DNA of 64,000 bases from the human T2T-CHM13v2.0 reference genome, Homo sapiens, in assembly GCF_009914755.1 (NCBI RefSeq), contig NC_060947.1, one strand, 5' to 3'. The translations under genes were made by a program, and so were the position numbers. The notes under the pieces were generated by a model. It had not been told where the DNA came from. It did not search any database and saw nothing but the letters and a program-made list of their open reading frames with translations. This document shows positions 31,020 to 46,020 of the stretch, piece after piece. Each line of letters opens with the position of its first letter. The first letter of the stretch is position 1.

Positions 31020-32896
31020 TTCCATTTGCTTGGTAGATCTTCCTCCATCCCTTTATTTTAGCCTATATGTGTCTCTGCCCATGAGATGGGTCTCCTGAAT
31101 ACAGCTCACTGATGGGTCTTGACTATACAATTTGCCAGTCTGTGTCTTTTAATTGGGGCATTTAGCCCATTTACACTTAAGGTTAACATTGTTATGTGTG
31201 AATTTGATCCTGTCATTATGATGTTCACTGATTATTTTGCCCATTAATTGATGCAGTTTCTTCATAGCATCCATGGTCTTTACAATTTGGCATGCTTTTG
31301 CAGTGGCTGGTTCCGGTTGTTTCTTTCCATGTTTAGTGCTTCCTTCAGGAGCTCTTGCAAGGCAGGCCTGGTGGTGACAAAATCTCTCAGCATTTGCTTG
31401 TCTGTAAAGGATATTATTCACTTATGAAGCTTAGTTTGGCTGGATATGAAATTCTGGGTTGAAAATTCTTTTCTTTAAGAATGTTGAATATTGGCCTCCA
31501 CTCTCTTCTGGCTTGTAGAGTTTCTGCCAAGAGATCCGCTGTTAGTCTGATGGGCTTCCCTTTATGGGTAACCCGACCTTTCTCTCTGGCTGCCCTTAAC
31601 ACTTTTTCCTTCATTTCAACCTTGGTGAATCTGACAATTATGTGTCTTGGGGTTGCTCTTCTCAAGGAGTATCTTTGTGGTGTTCTCTGTATTTCCTGAA
31701 TTTGAATGTTGACCTGCCTTGCTAGGTTGGGGAAGTTCTCCTGGATAATATCCTGAAGAGTGTTTTCCAACTTGGCTCCATTCTCCCCATCACTTTCAGG
31801 TACACCAATCAGATGTAGATTTGGTCTTTTCACATAGTCCCATATTACTTGGAGGCTTTGTTCATTTCTTTTTACTCTTTTATCTCTAACCTTGTCTTCT
31901 CGCTTCATTTCATTAATTTGATCTTCAATCACTGGTACCCTTTCTTCCACTTGATCAAATCGGCTGTTGAAGCTTGTGCATGTGTCACGAAGTTCTCAGG
32001 CCATGGTTTTCAGCTCCATCAGGTCATTTAAGGTCTTCTCTACACTGTTTATTCTAGTTAGTCATTCATCTAATCTTTTTTCAAGGTTTTTATCTTCCTT
32101 GTGGTGGGCTCGAACATCCTCCTTTAGCTCGGAGAAGTTTGTTATTACCGACCTTCTGAAGCCTACTTCTGTCAACTCGTCAAAGTCATTCTCCATCCAG
32201 CTTTGTTCCATTGCTGGTGAGGAGCTGCGATCCTTTGGAGGAGAAGAGGCACTCTGGTTTTTAGAATTTTCAGCTTTTCTGCTCTGGTTTGTCCCCATCT
32301 TTGTGGTTTTATCTACCTTTGATCTTTGATGTTGGTGACCTACAGATGGGGTTTTGGTGTAGATGACCTATTTGTTAATGTTGATGTTATTCCTTTCTGT
32401 TTGTTAGTTTTCCTTCTAACAGTCAGGTCCCTCAGCTGCAGGTCTGTTGGAGTTTTCTGGAGGTCCACACCAGACCCTGTTTGCCTGGGTATCACTGGCG
32501 GAGGTTGCAGAACAGCAAATATTACAGAACAGCAAATATTCCTGCCTGATCCTACCTCTGGAAGCTTCGTCCCAGAGAGGCAGCCACCTATATGAGGTGT
32601 CTGTTGGCCCCTACTGGGAGATGTCTCCCAGTTAGGCTACACAGGGGTCAGGGACCCACTAGAGGAGGCAGTCTGTCTGTTCTCAGAGCTCAAACGTCAT
32701 GCTGGGAGAACCACTGCTCTCTTAAGAGCTGTCAGACAGTGACTTTTAAGTCTGCAGAAGTTGTCTGCTGCCTTTTGTTCAGCTATGCCCTGCCTACAGA
32801 GGTGGAGTCTAGAGGCAGTAGGCCTTGTTGAGCTGTGGTGGGCTACACCCAGTTTGAGCTTCCCAACTGCTTTGTTTACCTACTCAAGCCTCAGCA

Positions 32897-33091
32897 ATGG
32901 CAGACGCCCCTCCCCCAGCCAGGCTGTGGCCTCGCAGTTTGATCTCAGACTGCTTTGCTAGCAGTGAGCAAGGCTCTGTGGGCATGGGACCCGCCGAGCC
33001 AGGCACAGGTGAGAATCTCCTTGTCTGTCGGTTGCTAAGACCTTGGGAAAAGCACAATATTTGGAGAGAAGCTTCTCATTTTTCCAGGTAG
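32897..33091 (+). CDS. L1 antisense ORF0 homologue, 64 aa (expression unknown)
   Basis: MADAPPPARLWPRSLISDCFAS...GPAEPG...HFSR. Donor-like sites CAG|GTGAGA (33008) and CAG|GTAGTC (33087). Confidence 0.65.
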   Translation: MADAPPPARLWPRSLISDCFASSEQGSVGMGPAEPGTGENLLVCRLLRPWEKHNIWREASHFSR

Positions 33092-33154
33092 TCTGTCACG
33101 GCTTCCCTTGGCTAGGAAAGGGAAATCCCCTGACCCCTTGCACTTCCCGGGTGA

Positions 33155-33606
<452 letters not shown>

Positions 33607-35384
33607 TATTATTCAACTTTTTATGTAATAGTCATTCTTACTGGTGCCTTTACTATTTCTTGCCTGAACTTTTGTTCCTGCATAGCATCCTAACTTTTCT
33701 GTTATTTTCATATCTTTTCCCACAGATACATTCTTCATAATATTGCCAAACTGAACCCCCTAAAACCTAACTCTGATCATGTCAAATTCCTATGAGGAAA
33801 CTTTTATGGATTCTACTATATACAAAATAAACCTGGCATTGAAGATTTACACAAAGGCTTCACTAACTCTGCAAAACTAGTAATACCAACTTATTTGATG
33901 GCACTTAAACAAGCTCTGTGCTCTGTATAATTTTTGTTGTTGAAGTTTTGCCCTTTTTTACAGTCGTTTGTTCATTCAGTCAGTTAATAATCATCTACTT
34001 TACTGAGCACCTAATATGTGCCAAGCTTGATTCTAAATTCTGGAAATGTAGCAATCAACAAGACAGCCAATATAGCTCTCGGCCTGCTCCTCTCTTGGCT
34101 TCCCCCACCCTCAAACCCTCTAACTAAGAATCACCTCCCAAGATTAATCCCAGGAAGTTTCCAGAGCCTGGAGACTAGTGTTTTCCATGGTCCAACCAAT
34201 CCTTGTTCCTCATCTATCAGTATTTATCTTTTAATCAAGATTTGTGATGTGGGCATCCAAAGGGGCTGCAGGAGAGAAGAGCTCCAGAAGAGTGAGAAAA
34301 GGAAAGCTCAGCTCTTTCTTGCCTGTCCTACTAGAGTTGGCCTTGGCAGGCTCTCTAGGGGTCTTTCTTGAGTGCTTTCAGTCCCTCCTCTTGCGTTCTG
34401 CCTTGTGTTCTTGATGACTATCAGGCAGACCTGGAAAAGGTTATGGTGAGGGAACAGGATAGGAGTGTCATGGCTTTCCTTGTTCCTGGGCCCAGTGGAG
34501 CTGTGTGGAGCCTTGGGCTCTAAGTAGGGAGTTTCTAGCCTGATCTAGGTCCAAACTGAGAGAGGAAGGCATAAAGAGGCTTCCCATTGTTGTGTCTCAT
34601 TTCAAACACTCTTTTGCACCCCACAAGAAGAAAACTGCCACCTTTAACTCCATGGTTTGGTGGGGGAAGTGAAAGAAAATTTGACAAATAGGCCCCATGG
34701 AAAGGCTGCCAACTTTTGCATTATATTTTCCCTGCTGCAAGCCTGTTTTTCTGTACAACAAGAGTAATGACAAGTAGAGACTACACTTCTTTAAAACTCT
34801 TTTTTGTTTCCTGACTTTTAGTTTTAGAGACTACTTTGCAAGTCTCCTCACAGCTGCACTAGAACTAACAACTTTGTCTTTCAGTTAATGTGGGCTTCAG
34901 GGTTCCTCAGTGTGGCTGAGAAAAGTCAGTGACATTGATGCTACTTTTTACATTACTTAGTGTACCCTAAACCATGTGGAAGTTGGCCTGCTTGGGCCCC
35001 AAACTGTATAGGCCTACTTGAAATCAGTCTCTGTTACGTATCCCGACTACTCAGACTTCCAAGAGTTATGCACATGTTAAATTCAAATTTGTTTCTTCCT
35101 CTCTTAAAATTCATTGATAAATTCAAGGATTCCTTTTGGGGTGGTCTCTTGCCAAGCTATATCTACAAGACAGGTCTCTGTGAGGCCTTTACAGCAACCT
35201 AGTTGACTCACACCCAATTTTAGATAAAAAATAAGAGGATTTTACTGTTTTTTTTTTTTTAGCTCTACGTTTAGCTCTGTATTTTGCTAAACAAGTTTTC
35301 AAAATCCTGGAAAACAATTTTATTACTTTTTCCAAGGCATCATTAGGACCACATTGAAGTCCAAGAGAGATGGGAAACACTCAT

Positions 35385-36880
35385 TTCTTCACCCAATCAA
35401 TAAAAATTTATTAAAAGACCACCTATCATGTACCTGGCCTTGATCTTGCAATCAGAGGCTCAAAAAACAAGGCATCGTCTCTGACCCAAGATTTGCTCAA
35501 AGTCTGTTGTATAGCACAAGCTCTAATGGCTAGCTCAATGTATCTTGGCTAACAGAGTAATGACCAGAGTTCATTTGGATAAGTGCCCTATACTTCAAAG
35601 TGAGCACATAGGAGAATGAGGTAAGCTACATTTTGAAAGATGAGGAGTTACTTAGAGAGAGAAGTAATGACAGGCAAGAGGACCTCCAAGCAAAGGGGAC
35701 AGCAATTTCAAAGACAGTCATAGAGACATGAAAGGCTATTATGCACTTGGAGTGTTGCCAGTGTTTGAGTGTGACTGCAGTGAAAAGATTTTGTAAGGTG
35801 GAATGACGGAAAATGAGGGTAAAGAGGCAGGCAGGGATTTTGGATGCCAAAGTCAGTAGTTTGGAGTTATCCTTAAGGCTAGAAGAAGCCATCAGAAAAC
35901 TTTAACTAGGGAAGTAATATGTATTTTAGAAATATCATTCTGAAAATACTGTGGAGGAAAGATCAGAGAGGGGCAGCAATGCAGTGCAGAAACTTATGTG
36001 AGAGATGCTGAACTGCTGATCTAAGATAGTTGGTGAAGGCACATAGAGAAGAACATAGAATTTAGAATCAACAATTGGATGTGGTTCATTACTGAATGTG
36101 GGAATGAAAGGAGATGTTGAAAATATAGGAAAATAAGTGGTAGGTGATGTATTTACAACTTAGTAAGTCTGCATAGAAACAGAAAAATGCAAGTAGAGAG
36201 GAGAGTTTCACCAAACCAAATCAATAAGGAGATGAGGGGGAAAAAGAAGAGAGGACAGATGGGCAAGAAATAGAGAGGTCAAGGGATGGAGATCTCAATA
36301 AGATCAAAGAACAGGTGTAGAGGGAGTAGGAGAATGAGAGAGCAGGATGGCTAGGAGGTTGTAATCCAAAATTGATGTTTTAACTTATGCTGTCAGAGGT
36401 AGAGTAGTTTCAGGTGAAGAATAAACCCAAACTGTATGTGTAGATGAGTGTGGCTACTACAGGGTAGAGAAGTTCACTAGAAATGAAAAGGTCAAACTGC
36501 TGGGTGGTTGATGTGGATACTGAAGTCCTCTGAAAGATGGTAGGATGGAGCAGAGAGAAAGACCATGAGCCAGAGCACAAGCCAGAACACCAAGCCCATG
36601 CTAAGTCAGAATAACTAGGAGGTCAGTGGATGCTAGCATGAAGGAGGCATAGAAGATGACATAGTGGAATGGCTTAAACCTCAAATGGGCAGGTATTTTT
36701 TGGCCTAGAAGCAACAGAGGATTGAGGAAAACCCACCTCTTTTCTGGCCCTAAGGTATTTGGCATATGAGAGAACAGAGTCTCCACTAGAGAGGACTTCA
36801 GGGTAAGCTATGTCTTCAGTGAATAATGAGGTTGCAGTTAAGGCCTGAAAATTAAGGGATCATTCAGAGAAGATGGTGGA
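35385..36880 (-). mobile_element. L2 fragments
   Basis: Purine-rich plus strand with decayed L2 phrases (tattttagaaatatcattctg, ttggatgtgg...gaatgtgggaatgaaaggaga). Confidence 0.5.
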
Positions 36881-39320
36881 GTGGAGGTGTTTCTGGGTTT
36901 TCTATTCTGTTCCATTGATGTATTTAACTATCTTGGGCTAAGACTTCACTGTCTTAATTGCTATAGCCCTAAACTGATATTTGGCAGAGCAAATTTCCTC
37001 ACCACTTTCTTTAGGAGTATCTTGATTGTTCTTGGACCTTTGCTTCTCTGTATAAATTTTCAAATTATATTGAAAAATTCTACAAGATAGAACCTGTTAG
37101 AATTTTTATTGTAATTACATGGAATTATCAATAAAATGAAGGAATGTTGACATATTTATAATATTGAGCCTTTCAATCTATGAATATAGTATCTGTATTG
37201 AGTTCAGTCTTGTTTGCTGTCTCCCAATATGATTCTGTCATATTCTCTGTGAAAGTCTTACACATTTTAATTAGAGTTTTTTGTTGGTACTTCATATTTT
37301 TAATACCACTGTAAATGTTAGTTTTTAATTTCATTTTCTAACTGTTGTTTGAGTTAGTGTTGCTGTCCTTTTTCTAACTTCTTGGAAAAAATAGTTAGCT
37401 CATTAATTTTAAGGCTTTCTTCCTTTTCCTTTGATTCTTACTTTAACTGCATCCCACAAATTTTGTTACTTGGTATTTTCATTGTTTTTCAGTTCAAATT
37501 ATTTTCAAGTACCCATTATTATTTATTCTTTTTATCTGTAATTTATTTTAAATTTACTATTTTCAAACATGTAGAGATTTTTCTAGTTGGCTATTTGTTA
37601 TTGATTTCTAGCTGAATTCCACTCTGATTAGTGTACACGCTCTGTATGGTTTCAATCCTTTGCAATTTGTTAAGATTTTCTTTCTGGACATAATGTGATC
37701 ATTTACAAAAATGTTATACATGTGCTGAAAAAAGCTGTACTTTTCAATTGTTTGGCAGATGTAGACATGGATGTACAGATAGATATAGATAATATAGGCA
37801 GAGATAGGTAGATGTAGAGGTAGAGGTAGCATATATATATATATCTTTATCAGGTCAAGTTTGTTAATCACTTTTTTTTTCAAGTCTTCCATGTACTTAA
37901 CTGATTTTTGTTCTGCTTGTTCTATCAATTACTCAGAGAAATGTGTTAAAATACCCAACTGTGATTGCTTATTTCTCCCTATAGTTATGTCAATTTTTGC
38001 TCTTGTATTTTTACACCATGTTATTAGGTGACCAAGTTTTAAGACTGTCAGGAGAAATACACACATTACTAATCACAGCTAGTGATTTTAACCCACCACT
38101 TTCAGAAACTGAGAGTTCAAACAACAGAAATAAGCAGCGATATCAAAGACATAGTAATAAATCTGAGTGATTAGACAATATAAAACTCTATACCCAACAA
38201 AAAATATATACATTACTTAGAGGCACACTGCTGATTTACAGAAGTAGAATATGAATTTAGGAAAAGAGAAAAAAGCCTCAATAAACTCCAAACGATCAAT
38301 ATCATACAAAATAGGCTCTCTGATCATAATGCTAATGCAGAAGTTAATAACATAAAGACAGCATTTAAAAACCAAAATGTACATTTCATTATCCTCAGTA
38401 AACTAACGCAGGAACAGAAAACCAAACACTGCATGCTCTCACTTATAAGTGGGAGCTGAATAATGAGAACACATAGACACATGAGAGGGAACAACACACA
38501 CTGGGGACTGTCGAGAGGGCGGGGAAAGGGAGAGCATCAGTAAGAACAGCGAATGGGTGCTGGGCCTAATACCTGGGTGATGGGTTAATCTGTGCAGCAA
38601 ACCACCATGGCATACATTTGCCTATGTAAAAAACCTGCGCATGTACCCCAGAAATCAAAATAAAAGCTGATAAAAAATAAATAAATAAAAACCAAGAAGT
38701 CTGGAAATGAAATAGCATATTACTAACTTTTGGATGGAAGGAATTCATACGTATTTAGATATTAATAGAAACACTCTGTTAGTACCCAAAAAAGTTTAAA
38801 ATATGTTTACCCTAAGACCCAGCAATACTACAGCTAGGCACTTAGACTCGAGAATCCCATGCACACATGCCTTGGGAGACACAGCCCAGAAGGCTCAGAG
38901 CTGCATTGCTTGTAATTGTCCCAAACTGGACACAATCCAAATTCCAAAGCTAGTTGAATGGGTATACAACATGTGGCATATCCATCAATGGGATACCACA
39001 CAGGAAAGTACATGAACAAAGTTGGCTACAAGAAACAAATTGGATGAATCTTGCAAACATAACACTGAGTCGAAGAATCCAGACACAAGAATATATACTA
39101 CATGAGGCGTGCATATAAAAAAAAAACCATACACATTAACTGGGGGGGCTGGTGTTGGGAAAGACCATGAAGGACTTGTGGGAGACTGGTCATGCTTTTT
39201 TTTTTTTTTGATGTGGATAGTGGTTACATGAATGCCCACCTCATAATTATTCTTTATGCCATATAGTTACATTCTATGCATTTTTCTGTAGGCGTGTTTT
39301 CTTTCACAAAGAAAGTCTTG
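36880..39320. mobile_element. Old L1M fragments (antisense ~36880-38045, sense ~38050-39320)
   Basis: Minus-strand translation YMEDLKK...INKLDLIKIY...YSFF...DHIM is a decayed endonuclease domain. The sense part has ctctctgatcataatg and L1ME 3' UTR phrases. Confidence 0.6.
38381..38686 (+). mobile_element. 5'-truncated L1PA13-16-like 3' end
   Basis: aaactaacgcaggaacagaaaaccaaacactgcatgctctcacttataagtgggagct followed by an A-rich tail. TSD aaaaaccaaaatgt (38367-38380) / aaaaaccaagaagt (38687-38700). Confidence 0.85.
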
Positions 39321-40999
39321 AATATCGTACAGTACTGTGATAATTCCCACAGTTGAACACCTTTTTAGCACTGAGTTTGAGGGCTAACATGTTCTCCACG
39401 CATTAGAGCAGGCTCTGGGTGTGTATGTGTGTTTTGATGGCTATGGGAGTATTTAAATTTGTCTGAAAAAAAGATGGTCTAAGAGGATTTCTCTGGTTTG
39501 TGATTGACCCTATCTTTTAAATAACTACAGCTACAGTATAGGCAGGTCCACCTTCATTTGTGACAGAAGGCCCATTCCAGAACTTTTTCATTGGACAAAT
39601 TAGTTATGGTCAATATCAGTGGTTCTCAAAAGTTAGTGTACAAAGAAATTACTTTATGGAAAAATTATTTTCAACAAGCACATGTAGAGATTCTAATACA
39701 GAGGATTCAGGAACATGGGGAATCAACATTGCAGCATCTGATATTTCATTCCATTATGGCTGCATGAATAAAAATGTCTGATCAATTCAGCCCCAAACTA
39801 GATTTGGTCATGTGGACAAAAATACCAAGACAGTGGAACATTCCATTGTTAGATGGGTTCAGCCAAACCTTATCAGTGACCCCAGCAGTAGTCTCTGTGT
39901 GCAGACTCTGCCTGGAGGACAAGAGGCTGGAGACCAACACAAGGTTTGATGACAGAAAACTGAGGAAATTCCCATTCGGATTGCAGTTCTCTGTTTTCTC
40001 CATGAAGTAGGAGAGTAAGGTAATCTGCTATGGGAAAAGGTTCTTAAGGACCATGTACAAGATAAACTATAATTGTGGAGAAAGGATGAGATAGCTAGCT
40101 AGGAAACAAAGTAGGAATGCTAAGCAGTGTGGAGGGTCTGGATAAGATTTGTGATTATGAATACACAGTGCCACAGAGACTGTAACAGTGTCTGGCAGCA
40201 ATGAGAAAATAACTTAAGCCGCCTGAGGCCCAGGCAAGGGTGGGAGACAGGGCATTGGCAGTTGTCCTGGGTAGTTCAGTTGATGCCTACGGTCTGTGGC
40301 CTGGGAGCTGTTGGTAGTTGGGGCTGGAAGGCTGGATGTTGAATTCTACCCTAGTTTCAAAGCACTTCAGAGTCTCCTGTTCACTGATGCTGTGGTTTCT
40401 GATTCTCTGTCTTCGTGGCCTCTTCCCTCTCCAGAGCATCCACATCATCTGATTCCTACAGGATAGTCCTTTCCTAGTCAGCTGCCTGACCCTTATTGGA
40501 CAGTATCTCATCTACCCACCTTCTTTGTAGATAGGATCTGTGACTTTTCCCTTCCCTACATTCATCCCAGAATGCCTAGTACAGGGTTGAATACACAAGA
40601 GAGGTTTGCAAATGATTTTTTGCAATGATAAGAACCCAAATGCCCTGTTTTATTACTTCCCAAATGACCAGACAAGACCAAGTACATGCTTTTTTGGAAG
40701 AAAATGCTAAATGAGTCACAGAGCAGGTCATGAACGAGCCTTCTAATTGGATGCCAATGATGTAATGGCACTCACTGCAGACACAGTTCTGGCTGTTATT
40801 CACACTGCTTGCACATATAATTTTTGTTTCACAATTGCAAGAATATTCTTCGGAAAATGCCACCTTTATCAGGTGATTTGTGTTTTCAGTCTTTGGCACT
40901 TTGCCATCTAACACTCCTTAAACATCCTAGTAGTGCTCAAAAATGTCTAGCCTTTTCTATTTCTTCTTCCTCCTTCTGAATTCCTAGCTATATTTGCAA

Positions 41000-42290
41000 T
41001 GTGTGTGGGAACTGTTTTTCCCTAGAATCCACTGAAAAGATCAGACATGGCCTCTTCCTTCATGAAACTTGTATTCCAAATGATACACAAAAAAATCAAG
41101 TAAACAAAATGATCCCAGAAAGTGATGCATGCTCTGCAGAAAATCAAGACAGTAATGTCAAAGAGAGTGAAACTGGGCTACCGTGGGTTAAAAAAAGATG
41201 ACTGGCATGAAGTAGAAAGCTGAGCCACACACTTATCAAGAGGAAGAGTATTCCAGGTACAGAGAAATAGCAAATGCAAGACCCTGAGATGGGGGTGTTA
41301 TTGCTGTGTTTCAGGAACAGCTAGTAGACAAGTAGGGCTTCCATGAAGCGAGCCAGGGAAGAATGAAAGGAAATTAAGAGTTTGATTTGTATTGCAAGTG
41401 GCACAGAAAGCCATTGGAGGGTTTTGAGCAAAGAAGTTAGGATATATTTTGTTTTAACATTTCCTTTAGCTTTTGTGTAGAGAGCAAAGTGCAGAGTTCT
41501 GTTACGGAAAACAGAAACCATGTTAGCCCATTTAAGTAGAAAGGGGGAATTTGGTGCTTCCAAAATTGTTGAAAGAATCAAAAGAACAGACTCTAGGTTG
41601 AATTTCCAAACCTGTTTCCCAGAATAACACCACATATAATTGGCACCATTGGGAGAATCAGGAAGCCACTGCCTTAGTAATTGGCCCCAGGACCTCACCA
41701 CCTCTGCTAAGTTCATCACAAGTCTTGGCTCTAAGACCATGCTACCTCATTCTCCATCTACATAAGCGAGGTGGACACCCCATGACCTGCCTTTTGATGT
41801 CCACAAAACTAGGAACATTACCTTGGGATCTCTGTGACTGCTGATGCAGAAGAATCAAAAGCTTCCAGCACCATGCTCCCTAACAGAAAACAGAAATCAC
41901 AGAAGCAGAAGTAGGGACTCTGCTTCACTCCCCCTTCCAAATCACATACAAGTTCGTCTACTTGGCAGAGGTTACATCATCTGTGGAATCCAGGCTGTTA
42001 TGGGGCATGGGAAATATAGTCTTTAGCTTTCCAACCTCTATCATTTAGTAAGGTCTACTACAATTGGGGTTGGAATAGAGTGAAATGAGCTAATCTATGA
42101 TATTTGCCACAGGAGACAAGATCAGAGGTAGGGGAGCCAGTTAGAAGCTACTATAGTTGTCCATCCACCTGAGAAATAATGGTAACTGGACCAGAGTGAA
42201 AAGGTGAAGGTATAGAAAAGTGGTTGGATTTAACATTTTACTCTTAAGTAGGACTTGTTTATAAATTGAGGCAGGGTTGATGTTAAAAAG
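41000..42290 (-). mobile_element. L2 fragment interrupted by an old MLT1-type LTR (~41490-42110)
   Basis: L2 phrases gaagagtattccagg...agcaaatgcaagaccctgag and aagccattggagggttttgagca, resuming at ggagccagttagaagctactatagt. LTR phrase gggaaatatagtctttagctttcc. Confidence 0.5.
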
Positions 42291-42569
42291 GTGTGAAAGA
42301 ATAAAAATTAAAACTTCCAATCACCTCTACCCCAGCCACGCAATTTTCTTCCTGAGCCCTCAAGCCTGATTCAGAGGCCCCTCGAATGTATATCACAACA
42401 TCACATTGTATTGGAATCCCTTGTTTCACTGTGTATATTTCTACTAAAATTTCACTTCCTCAGAAGCAGAACATGTGACTGGTTGTGCAGGGCACAGTGC
42501 CTGAACATGGTACAATGTCAATAAATATTTTTCCAAGAATGGTTGAAGGGGATGAGTGAAGTAGTGCCT

Positions 42570-45500
42570 AGAAACATACAAACTACCAAAACTGACTGAA
42601 GAGTAAATACCAAATCTGAATAAACTGTAGCAAGTAAAGAGATTGACTCAGTAATCAAAACATTCCAACAAAGAAAAGCCCAGGACCAACTGGCATGACT
42701 GGATAATTCTACAAATTATCTAAAATATTAATACCAATCTTTCTCAAACTCTTCCAAAAAATAGAAAAGTATGGAGAGCCTTCTAACTCATTCAGAAGGT
42801 CAGCATTACTCTGATATCAAAGCCAGACAAGAAAAGAAATATACAGGCCAACATCTGTTATGAATACAAATGCAAAAATCTTGAACAACATACTAGCAAA
42901 CTGAATCCAGCAGCATTTTAAGAGGAGTATACATCATGACTATGTGGAATTTATCTCAAGAAGCCAAAAGTACTGCAATATATGAAAATCAATCAATGCA
43001 ATAGAGTGCACTGATAGAATGAAGGTGGGAATAAACAGGTGATCATCTCAATTTATGCAAAAAATGAATTTTACAAAAGCCAACACCCTGTCATGATAAA
43101 AAAAAAACACTCAACATACCTGGAAATAGAAGGGAAGAAATTCCTCACAAAATAAGAGACATTTATGAAAATCCCACAACTAACATCATATAAATGGTGA
43201 AAGCTGAAAGGTTTCTCCCTAAGGTTAAGACAATGATGCTGTCTTTTGCCATTTATACTCAGCATCATACTGCAAGTTCTAGCCAGACAAATTAGATATG
43301 AAAAAAAGAAAAAGGCATCCAAGTAGGAAAGGAAAAAGTAAAACGCTCTATTCAGAGCTGGAATGATCCTATGTAGAGAATATCTCAAAGGATTCCCCAA
43401 AAAATATTTAATTGAATTGGGCAAATTTTCAGGATACAAGATAAACACAAAAAAATTAGTGATATTTCTGTATACATTCATGCGCCACATAACAACATTT
43501 CAGTCAACAACAGACCGCATATAAAACCACGGTCCCATAAGATTATAATGGGAGCTAAAAAATTCCTATGGCCTAGTGAAGCCATAGCCATCATAGCATT
43601 ACTCACGTGTTTGTGGTGATGCTAGCGTAAACAAACCTACTGCACTGTAAATAATATAAAAGTCTAGCACATACAATTACATACAGTACATAATACTTGA
43701 TAATGACAATAAACAACTGTGTTACTGGTTTATGTATTTACTAAACTATATTTTTATCAGTAATTTAGAGTGAAGTCCTTCTACCTATTAAAGAAGTTAA
43801 CTATAAAACAGCCTCAGGTAGGTCCTTCAGTGGGTATTCTGGAAGAAGGCATTGTTATCATAGAAGATGGCAGCTCCATGTGTATTATTGCCCCTGGAGA
43901 CCTTCCAGTGGGACAAAATGTGGAGGTAAAAGACAGTGATATTGATGATCCTGACTCTGTGTAGGCCTAGAGTAATGTGTGTTCTTGTGTCTTAGTTTTT
44001 AACAAAGAAGGTTAAAAAGCAAAAACAAAAAAAATTGAAAGAGAGAAAAGCTTTAAAATGTGGATATAAAGAAAGAAAACATTTTTGTACATTTATACAA
44101 TGTATTTGTATTTTGAGCTAAGTGTTATTACAAAACAGTGAAAAAGTTTAAAAGTTTATAAAGTACAAAAAGTTACAGTAAGCTAAGGTTAATTTATTAT
44201 TGAAGAAAGAATTTTTATAAATTTAGTGTAGCACAAATGTACAGTGTTTATAAAGTCTACAGTAGTGTGCAATAATGTCCTATGCACACTACTGTATAGG
44301 ACACAATGCCAATTCTGCAAGGTCCATTCATGGTAAATGACCTATACAGATATACCATCTTTGCCTTTTATACTATATTTTTACTGTATTTTTTCTATGT
44401 TTAGACATGTTGATATACACAAATATCTATCATTGTGTTGCAATTGCCTACAGGATTCAGTACTGTAACAAGCCATGCAGGTTTGTCTATGTTGTGTGAG
44501 TATGCTTTGATATTTGTGCAATGACTAAGTCGCCTAATGATACGTTTCTCAGAATGGATCCCCATAATTAAGTGACGCCTGAAGGTACTAGCAATGAACA
44601 ATCCTAAAAGCAAGTTAAGAAAACAATTCCATTTACAATATCATCAAAAAGAATATAATACTTGGGAATAAACTTAACCAGTGTAGAGAAAGGCTTTTAT
44701 ACTGAAAACTATGCATTGATGAAAGAAATTAAAGAAGAAACTGATCTATGGAAAAACGTCCTGTGTTCCTGGATTGGAAGATTCAATATTGTTAAAATGT
44801 ACATATTACCCAAAGTCATCTGCAGATTCAATGCTATTCCCATCAAAATCCCAATGGCTTTCCCCCCCACAAAAAAAAAATCCTAAAATTCATATGGAAC
44901 TAAAAAAGATCCAGAATAGCCAAAGCAGTCTTGAGAAGGAAAACAAAGCCAGAGACATCACACTTCTTGATTTAAAAATAAATTACAAAGCTAGGTAATC
45001 AAAACACCATGATACGTGCACTTAAAAATTTGTTAAAAGGGTAGATGTCACAGTAAGTGTTCTTACAACAAAAAACAAACAGAACAGAACAAAAAAGAGG
45101 CATAAGGAAACTTTTGGAGATGATGGGTGTATCTATTGCTTTGATTGTGGTGACGGTTTCAAGGGTATGTGCATATGTATAAGCTCATCAAATTGTACTT
45201 ATTAAATATGTATGGGTTTTGGAGATCACTTAGACTTCAATAAAGCTGTTCTTAAAAATACACAATGAGATACTACTTTACTCACTAAGATAGCTATAAT
45301 TTTAAAAAATTGTAAATGTTAAGTGTTGGTAAAGATACGAAGAAATTGGACCTTTATATATTACCGATGAGAATTTTAAATGGTATAGTCTCTATGGGAA
45401 ACACTCTGGTAGTTCTTCTACAAGTTAAGCACAGAATTACCATTTGACCTAGCAATTCTACTCCTAGGTATATACCCAAGATAATTGAAAACAGATGTTA

Positions 45501-46020
45501 TCACACGGTGTGTACACAATGAAGACATATACTTGAGTTTTCATGGTAACACTTTTCACAATATCCACAAGGTGGAAACTACAGAAATGTCCATCTACCG
45601 ATGAATACATAAAACAAGATGGGGCATATCTATACAATGGAATATCATTCAGCCTTAAAAAGAAATGCAGTACTGATACATGCTACAATATGGATGAATA
45701 TGGAAAACATTAAACTAAGTATATGAAGCTAGTCACGAAAGGCTACATATTGCATGATTCCATTTATATGAAATATCCAGAATAGACAAACTCATAGAGA
45801 TTGAAAGTAGTTTAGTGGTTGACAGGGCTGGGGGGAAGGGGGTATGAGAAGTGACTGCTTAATGTGTAAAGGGTCTCCTTTGGGAGTGGTGAAAATGTTT
45901 TGAAGCTAAATGGAGGTGACTGTTGCACAACTCTGTGAAAACACTAAAATACATTGAATTATACGCTTTAATACAGTGAGTTGTATGGTATGTCAATTAT
46001 ATCTTAATAAAGATGGTATT
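42570..46020 (+). mobile_element. L1MB-age element(s): decayed ORF2 plus 3' UTR, interrupted by Tigger3
   Basis: aagaaaagcccaggacca (KKSPGP) and [26 protein letters not shown]1MB 3' UTR ends atcttaataaag. A further L1MA/MB 3' end lies at ~45015-45260. Confidence 0.85.
43475..44585 (+). mobile_element. Tigger3b/MER7-type non-autonomous Tc1/mariner DNA transposon
   Basis: Left end cattcatgcgccacataacaacatttcagtcaac; right end aattaagtgacgcctgaagg. TA duplications at 43473-43474 and 44586-44587. Host L1 resumes with ctagcaatgaacaatc. Confidence 0.88.
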
